A DNA stretch of 59,181 bases, taken from the NCBI GenBank assembly GCA_000442015.1, contig KE561226.1, positions 1 through 59,181 of the forward strand. The letters run 5' to 3'. Origin of the DNA: Rozella allomycis CSF55 (lineage: Eukaryota). The notes under the pieces were generated by a model. That model saw only the letters and a program-made list of their open reading frames with translations. It did not search any database and was not told the DNA's origin. Position 1 is the first letter of the stretch, and each line of letters opens with the position of its first letter. Positions 52,001 through 59,181 of the stretch are shown one piece after another. Both the position numbers and the translations under genes were made by a program.

Positions 52001-55000
52001 ATGAGTGAACGCATACCTATAATATTCAAGGAGCACTTGCAGGTAAGCTTTAAAAATATCCAAATAAAGCTCCAAAACATTGGTGTGAATGCAGCAAACA
52101 TAGGCTTCAACACTTTGACTATGGAATCGGACAAGTACATTTGTATTCGCGAAAAGGTTGGCGAGCAGAACCAGTTGGTGATAATCGACATGGGCGATGT
52201 ATCCAACCCGTTGCGCCGTCCTATATCCGCTGATTCAGCGATTATGAATCCGGCATCCAAGGTGATTGCACTGAAAGGTAGATGGTTTGTTTCTGGATAA
52301 TGTAGCTGGCAAGCAGTTGCAGATATTTAATTTGGAGCTCAAGGCCAAGATAAAGTCGTTCATGTTGAGCGACGATGTGGTGTTTTGGAAGTGGATTAAT
52401 GTGAACACTATTGGGATGGTGACGGAGAGTGCTGTGTTTCATTGGAGCATGGAGGGGGAGAGCAATCCGGTCAAGGTGTTTGATCGGCATGCGTCGTTGA
52501 ATGGGTGCCAGATTATCAATTATAGGACGAATGAGGAGGGCAGCTGGATGTTCTTGGTGGGGATATCTGCGCAACAGGGAAGAGTTGTTGGATCGGTGCA
52601 GTTGTATTCAAAGGAGAGGAGTGTGTCGCAGCCTATTGAGGGACATGCTGCGGCCTTTGCAGAGATAAAGTTGGATGGCGCGATGTATCCTACAAAGTTG
52701 TTTACGTTTGCGGTGAGAAGTCAGATGGGTGCAAAGGTAATTGAGTGGGTGTGGTTAGAGTAGCTTCATTTAATTGAGATTGATCACAAGGAGGGGAATC
52801 CTGTGTTTGCCAAGAAGAATGTTGATATATTTTTCCCGCCCGAGGCTGTGAATGATTTTCCAGTTTCGATGCAAGTTTCAAGCAAATACAATGTGATATT
52901 TTTAGTTACTAAATATGGTTTTTTGCATATTTATGATGTTGAGAGTGGAATGTGTTTGTATATGAACAGGATATCAGCTGATACGATATTTGTGACTGCA
53001 GATTATGAGACTACGAGTGGGATGATTGGAGTGAATAGAAAGGGGCAAGTAACGATTAATGGTTGAAAAGAAAGGTGTTGTCTGTGAGTATTGATGAGCA
53101 AAACATTGTGCCATATATTTTGCAGCAGATGAATAATCCCGAGTTGGCTATAAGAATAGCATCTAGAAATAATTTGCCTGGTGCTGATGAATTGTATGTT
53201 GGTAGATTTAATCAGCTTGTTCAAATGGGAAATATGTCAGAGGCTGCCAAAGTAGCTGCAACGTCACCAAAGGTATAGAATGATTTGTGTTTGGAATCAA
53301 GGGGATATTGAGAACTCCACAAACAATAGAAAAGTTTAAGCAAATGCAGGTAAGAATGTAGATATGGATTGAGAGGTGCAACCGGGACAAGTTCCGCCAA
53401 TTTTGCAATACTTTGGAATATTGTTAGAAAAGGGAGATTTGAACAAGTATGAATCTATTGAGCTAGCGAGACCTGTGTTGATGCAAGGGAAGAAGCAGTT
53501 GTTGGAGAAATGGTTGAAAGAGAATAAGTTGGAGTGTAGTGAAGAGTTGGGAGACATTGTGAAGCAGCAAGATGTGATGTTGAGTTTGAGTGTTTATTTG
53601 AGGGCGAACATCCCACATAAAGTGATTCAGTGTTTTGCAGAGACTGGACAGTTTAATAAGATTGTGTTGTATGCCAAGAAAGTTGGGTATCAGCCAGACT
53701 ATTTATTCTTGCTGCAAACTATTTTGAGAGTGAATGGAGAAAAGGGAGTAGAATTTGCGCAAGAGTTGGTTAAGAGTGAAGGAGGCCCATTGTTGACTTT
53801 GGAGCAAATAACTGAATGTTTTATTACAGCTGGTATGGTTCAGCAACTGACAGCGTTTTTATTGGAAGCATTGAAGGAGAATAAACCAGAGCAAGGTGGA
53901 TTGCAAACTAGGTTGATAGAGATGAATTTGATGCAAGCGCCGCAAGTAGCAGATGCTATATTGGGCAATCAAATGTTTAGTCATTATGATAAGAACAGTG
54001 TAGCTCAGATGTGTGAAAAGGTTGGATTGTATCAAAGAGCGTTGGAACATTATACTGACATTTATGATATAAAGAGGACAATAGTGCATACACATTTGTT
54101 GAATCCAGAAGTAAAATGATTTGAGTGAGATGATTGTAGTGGGTAGTTGGGTTTTTTGGCAAGTTGTCAGTTGAGCAGAGTATGGAATGTTTGAAAGAAA
54201 TGTTGAATAACAATATAAGACAGAATCTGCAGATTGTGATTCAAGTTGCAACTAAATATTCAGATTTAATTGGAGCACAAAATTTGATTGAATTGTTTGA
54301 ATCATTCAAGAGTTATGAAGGTAAGATTGATTTAATTTAATTTGTTATTAGGATTGTATTATTATTTGGGATCTATTGTGAATTTTAGCCAAGATGGGAA
54401 TGTGCATTTCAAGTATATCCAAGCAGCGTGTAGAACAGGACAGATGAAGGAAGTTGAAAGGATTTGCCGGGAGAGTGGAGTGATTGATGGAGAAAAAGTG
54501 AAGAATTATTTAAAGGAAGCGAAACTGAATGACCAATTGCCATTGATTATCGTTTGTGATCGATTTAATTTTGTGCATGATTTGGTATTGTACCTTTATA
54601 AGAACAATCTACCTAAATATATTGAAATTTATGTGCAAAAGGTGAATCCAAGTAGAACTCCAGCAGTTATAGGAGCATTGTTGGATGTTGATTGTGAAGA
54701 GAATATAATAAAGTCATTGTTGATGAGTGTGAGAGGGAATATTCCTATTGATGAATTGTGTACTCAAGTGGAGCAAAGAAATAGATTAAAAGTAAATTGT
54801 TAATGAGTAAGAAAAGAGATTATATTGCCATTCTTGGAGATGAAGATAAAGGAGGGAACTAGTGACCAGAATGTGTATAATGGGATTGCCAAGATTTACA
54901 TTGATAGCAACAATAATCCTGAATCATTCTTAAAAGAAAACAAGGTAATGCAATTTATATTTTAATATAGGTAATGATAAAGTAAACTCCCAGATTAGAT

Positions 55001-57681
55001 GTATGATCCATTGGTGGTTGGAAAGTATTGTGAAAAGAGAGATCCCTATTTGGCATTTATAGCATATGAACAAGGGAGATGTGACAAGGAAGTTATTAAA
55101 ATAACAAATGAGAATCAAATGTTTAAACACCAAGCAAGATATTTGGTAAAGAGAAGAGATATTGAATTGTGGATGAGTGTGTTGATTGATAATCCCTTCA
55201 AGAGAGAATTGATAGATCAAGTAGAATAAATAGATTGAATTTAAAAGGTTGTAGGAATAGCGTTGCCAGAAACACAAGATCCAGAAGATGTGTCAGTTAC
55301 TGTTAAAGCGTTTATGAATGCAGAATTGCCAAATGAGTTGATTGAATTATTAGAAAAGATTGTTTTGGAATCATCAGTGTTTAGTGATAATAGAAATCTG
55401 CAGAATTTGTTGATATTGACTGCGATTCAAGCTAATCCAACTAAAGTGTTGGAGTTTGTGCAGAGATTGGACAACTATGATGGGCCAGATATAGCCAATA
55501 TAGCAGTTGGAAATGGATTGTATGAAGAAGCATTCATCATCTACAAGAAATACAATATTTATGAGAATGCAATTAGAGTGTTGATTGAGAATATAAAGAA
55601 TGTAGAGAGGGGACAGGAATATGCGAATCAAGTTGATCAATCCATTGTGTGGTCTATCTTGGCAAAGGCGCAGTTGGAAGAAAAGAGAATTAAAGAGAGT
55701 GTTGAATCTTATTTGAAAGCGAGTGATGCTTCTAATTATGAGCAAGTGTTGAGTGTGTTGAAAGAGATTGGAGAATATGAACAATTGATTAAATATCTGA
55801 GAATGGCTAAAACAAAGAGCAGAGAATCTATTATTGAATCAGAATTACTCTACTGTTTAGCCATGACAAATAGAATTGCTGAAATTGAAGAATTTTTATC
55901 AAATACAAATATAGCTAATGTGGAAATGGTTGGAGATCGATTATATGAACAAGAAATGTATCTTCCTGCTAAAATATTGTTTAATTCAATTTCCAACTAT
56001 GCTAAATTAGCGTCAACGTTGGTTCATTTGAAAGAGTACCAGCAGGCTGTTGAGTGTGCTAGAAAAGCTAATAGTACAAGGTTAGTTTAATTGATTGTTT
56101 AAATTTGTAGAGTTTGGAACCAGGTTATTGTTGCTTGTATTGAAATGAAAGAGTTTAGATTGGCTCAGATCTGTGGGTTGAATTTGATTGTGCATGCGGA
56201 AGAATTGTCTGTTGTTATAAAGTTGTATGAGCAGAATGGATTTATTGAAGAATTAACGAATCTATTAGAAAGTGGACTAGGTAATTAATAGTAGTTATAT
56301 GTTAAATAGGTAATTGATAGTACCTCTCTCTATAATGTTAGGTAATTACTTTCAACTTCACTAACTCATAGGTATGGAAAGAGCTCATATGGGGTTGTTT
56401 ACAGAGTTGGCGATTGTTTATTCAAAATATAAACCAGAAAGATTGATGGATCATTTGAAATTGTATTATTCAAGAATCAATATACCCAAAGTTATTAAAT
56501 CAGTTGAATTGGCACACATGTGGCAAGAATTAGTATTTCTGTACATCCATTATGAAGAATTTGACAATGCAGCACTTTCAATAATAAAATATTCAGCAGA
56601 CGCTTGGGATCATGATCAATTTAAAAATGTTTTATTAAAAGTTTCGAATTCTGACATTTTCTACAAGGTAAATTCTGTTAAGATATAAGAGAAAAAGAGT
56701 TTGAATTTCTATTTGAATGAACATCCATTATTGTTGAATGATTTATTAAATTCAATCAGCCAAAAGATTGATTACACAAGGCTAGTTCAAATATTTCAAA
56801 AGAATAATCATCTTCCATTAATCAAACCATTTCTACAAACAATTCAACAAGTAAACTTTTGAATTTTGAATTTTAAAGATTAATAATCCAACTGTTAACA
56901 TGGCATTCAATCAACTATTAATAGATGAAGAAGATTACAACGCTTTAAGAATCTCTATTGACTCTTTTGAAAACTTTGATTCTATTTCATTGGCTGTTTC
57001 TCTAGAAAATCATCCATTAATTGAATTTAGAAGAATTTCTGCTTATTTATACAAAAAGAATAAGAGATACAAGCAATCTGTTACTCTGTCAAAGAAGGAT
57101 TTGTTGTTCAAAGATGCAATGGAAACAGCTGCAGAGTCTAGAGACTATGAGACGGCTGAAGAGTTGTTGAAATATTTTGTCAAGAATAACAAAAAGGTAC
57201 GTGAAAAGTTTAAATGTTATATTAGGTAAAGTTGTTTAATTGTATTTATAATAGGTAAAGTTGTTTAATTGTTTATAATAATAGGTAATCAAAGTATTTA
57301 ATCACTTCAAAATAGGAATATTTTAGTGCTTGTCTTTATATCTGCTATGATTTGTTAAGACCTGACGTTGTTATGGAATTGTCTTGGAGATTCGGTTTAA
57401 TGGACTTTGCTATGCCATTCATGTGTCAAACTATGCGTGAGTACATGACAAAGGTATTTCATTCAATTCATCCATCAGTAGATTGAAACATTAGAGAAAC
57501 ACAACAATGAACGAAATCAAAAAGAAGAAGAAGCTGAAAAAAGAGCCATTGACAATTCAATCATCAGAGGTACTCTTTTAACTAATTTATTTCTATAGGT
57601 GCTCCTTTGATGCTTACTAATGGTCCTGTATCAATTCCAAACACTTCTCAAGCTCAAATGCCATTCATCCCTCAATGGTAA
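52001..57681 (+). CDS. CHC1: Clathrin heavy chain
   Basis: [78 protein letters not shown] and PLMLT. 18 intron positions comprising 24 GT-AG units of 26-32 nt. Confidence 0.98.
54945..54998 (+). other. Tandem micro-intron pair (26+28 nt), zero-length exon
   Basis: AAG|gtaatg...aatatag|gtaatg...gattag|ATG. Flanking exons join as LKENK-MYDPLVV. Confidence 0.8.
56281..56371 (+). other. Tandem micro-intron triplet (29+32+30 nt)
   Basis: Three consecutive GTAATT...TAG units. Flanking exons join as [12 protein letters not shown]. Confidence 0.85.
57197..57315 (+). other. Tandem micro-intron quadruplet (29+29+30+31 nt)
   Basis: Four consecutive GTA...TAG units. Flanking exons join as [13 protein letters not shown]. 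Confidence 0.85.
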
Positions 57682-57758
57682 TAAATGGTTAAAGATTTTA
57701 AACTATTCAAATATTTCATACTATCAATTTCACTTGGAATGATCACATTTAAATTTGT

Positions 57759-58888
57759 TTATTTTTTACTACTCCAAAAGTGCTTGATAACATCAGTCAA
57801 AGTAACAACACCAATCAACTTTCTATCTTCATCAATAATCCACACCCTATGAGACTTTGTCGCTATAATCTTTCTCATAGCAAACCCTAGTGATGACTTT
57901 AACGTCACCTCAAACACTGGGAATCTATCCTTGCCTTCATTCTGCAATCCCTCCTGCGTCAACACCAACGACACAAAATGTGAACACGTTTGCCATAATC
58001 TCGAATATCTATTTTGCTTCAATATATACTATTCAATCATTAACATCCCACTTACCTTGATATCCGTCATTGATATATTCCCAACAAGCGATTCACCACT
58101 ACCAGCATCAACAACCGCAACCGAAGATATCCCCTTGGCACTCATCAAACTCAAAGCTTCAAGCACCGGAGCCTCACTATTCACCGAAATCACAGGATTA
58201 TTTCCAAATCCCAGCTCTCCAAGCGTCTTTGACGCAAACGCATTCAACTCTGGTTGCTACTCTACAATCATCCCTCCAATTACCTACCATCCTCAACCAC
58301 TACACCTCTTACCTTCATCAACAGTCCCGCCAGATACTTGACCACATCAGTCTGCGACAACACACCCACAACCTCGCCATCCCTCATCACATTCAGCCGA
58401 TGCACACCCTTCCCACTCGCCAGTATCTCCGCAGCCTCTTTCAACGGCGCATCAGCACTAACACTATAAAACGGATTCTTCTTTGACAAGTCTACTCTAC
58501 ACTCCACCAATCCCATACCAGCAGCCACACGCATCGACATCTTATTCACATCCATCGTAATCGCCTTGCGCACCACATCCCTAATATCCATCGTCTCGTC
58601 TTCAGGCACCCGCTCAAGCTCCCGGTGCTTGAAAACCATCAACACATAGTCCGCAATGTCGCGGTAGTCGAACATTCCAACATACTTTTTTAAGGCGGAA
58701 TCGTACACCGGCGCAGACGATATCTTGTGGCTCACAAGAACCTGGAATTTATATAGTGTTTGGTTACCTAGCTCAGTTAAAATTGATGGACGTACCTCAC
58801 AACCGTCTTCAATGGAATGGTCCGCATCGATTATTACTACCTTTTGGGAGGAAACTAGCTCGGAACATTGGATGTGCCACAAATCCAT
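57759..58888 (-). CDS. CBS-domain protein, SDS23/AMPK-gamma-like
   Basis: Four CBS repeats: ISSAPVYD..VGMFDYRD, GVHRLNV..GVLSQTD, GISSVAVVD..LVGNISMTDIK and SHRVWIIDE..IGVVTLTDVI. Confidence 0.88.
58257..58312 (-). other. Tandem micro-intron pair (29+27 nt)
   Basis: AAG|gtaaga...tggtag|gtaatt...gagtag|CAA. Removing both units restores the frame LMK-QPELNAF. Confidence 0.8.
58742..58795 (-). other. Tandem micro-intron pair (28+26 nt)
   Basis: GAG|gtacgt...agctag|gtaacc...ttccag|GTT. Removal gives a normally spaced CBS helix EDGCE-VLVSHKISSAP. Confidence 0.75.
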
Positions 58889-59181
58889 TTTTGGTTTACG
58901 AAATTTGGAAATTTGGGATTGCTAGGTGGAGAATTTAGTTAGGATTATTTTAAAATCCGTTCTTTTGTGAGTTGGCGCATTTCTCCTGTCTTTTGAATAT
59001 ACTATATTAAAGGCATTTTTACTTGAATATCCATTCAATGATAAACGCAGCTATAGTCAACGAGGCGTCAAGGATATGAAGTAATTACTATCGTTTTCAA
59101 TCATTTGTAAGTTTTCCCAAAGATACCTTGGAGTACATTAATACATTTATTCATTTTTTGAAGATTGCTATGAAGTTTTGG

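Noticed and set aside
57226-57284. Repeated ~30-nt units resembling a CRISPR array or minisatellite
   Set aside because: No repeat-spacer alternation and no cas genes, in a eukaryotic context. Better explained as duplicated introns.

Overview
AT-rich, very gene-dense eukaryotic nuclear DNA, not prokaryotic. It holds about 31 protein-coding genes split by tiny GT-AG spliceosomal introns, almost all 25-32 nt. Gene content (fungal-type Ypd1 Hpt, SDS23-like CBS protein, complex III QCR7, cilium-associated NEK kinase and RNF32) plus the compaction suggests a flagellated early-diverging fungal relative such as Rozella/Cryptomycota; this is inference. The first 14.5 kb contains 11 single-N junctions flanked by diverged duplicate segments, most likely uncollapsed haplotypes. 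The main finding is five 'long' introns, three in clathrin heavy chain and two in the neighbouring CBS gene (54.9-58.8 kb). Each is a head-to-tail array of 2, 3 or 4 standard-sized micro-introns joined by TAG|GTA junctions with zero-nucleotide exons. This points to recursive (ratchet) splicing of tandem micro-introns, apparently generated by intron duplication. Also notable: frequent AAG/GAG acceptors, a kilobase-scale GC-skew sawtooth that flips inside genes, an intronless secreted-protein island, and a GT-B-like orphan glycosyltransferase. All gene models were spliced by hand and family calls come from motif recognition, not database searches.
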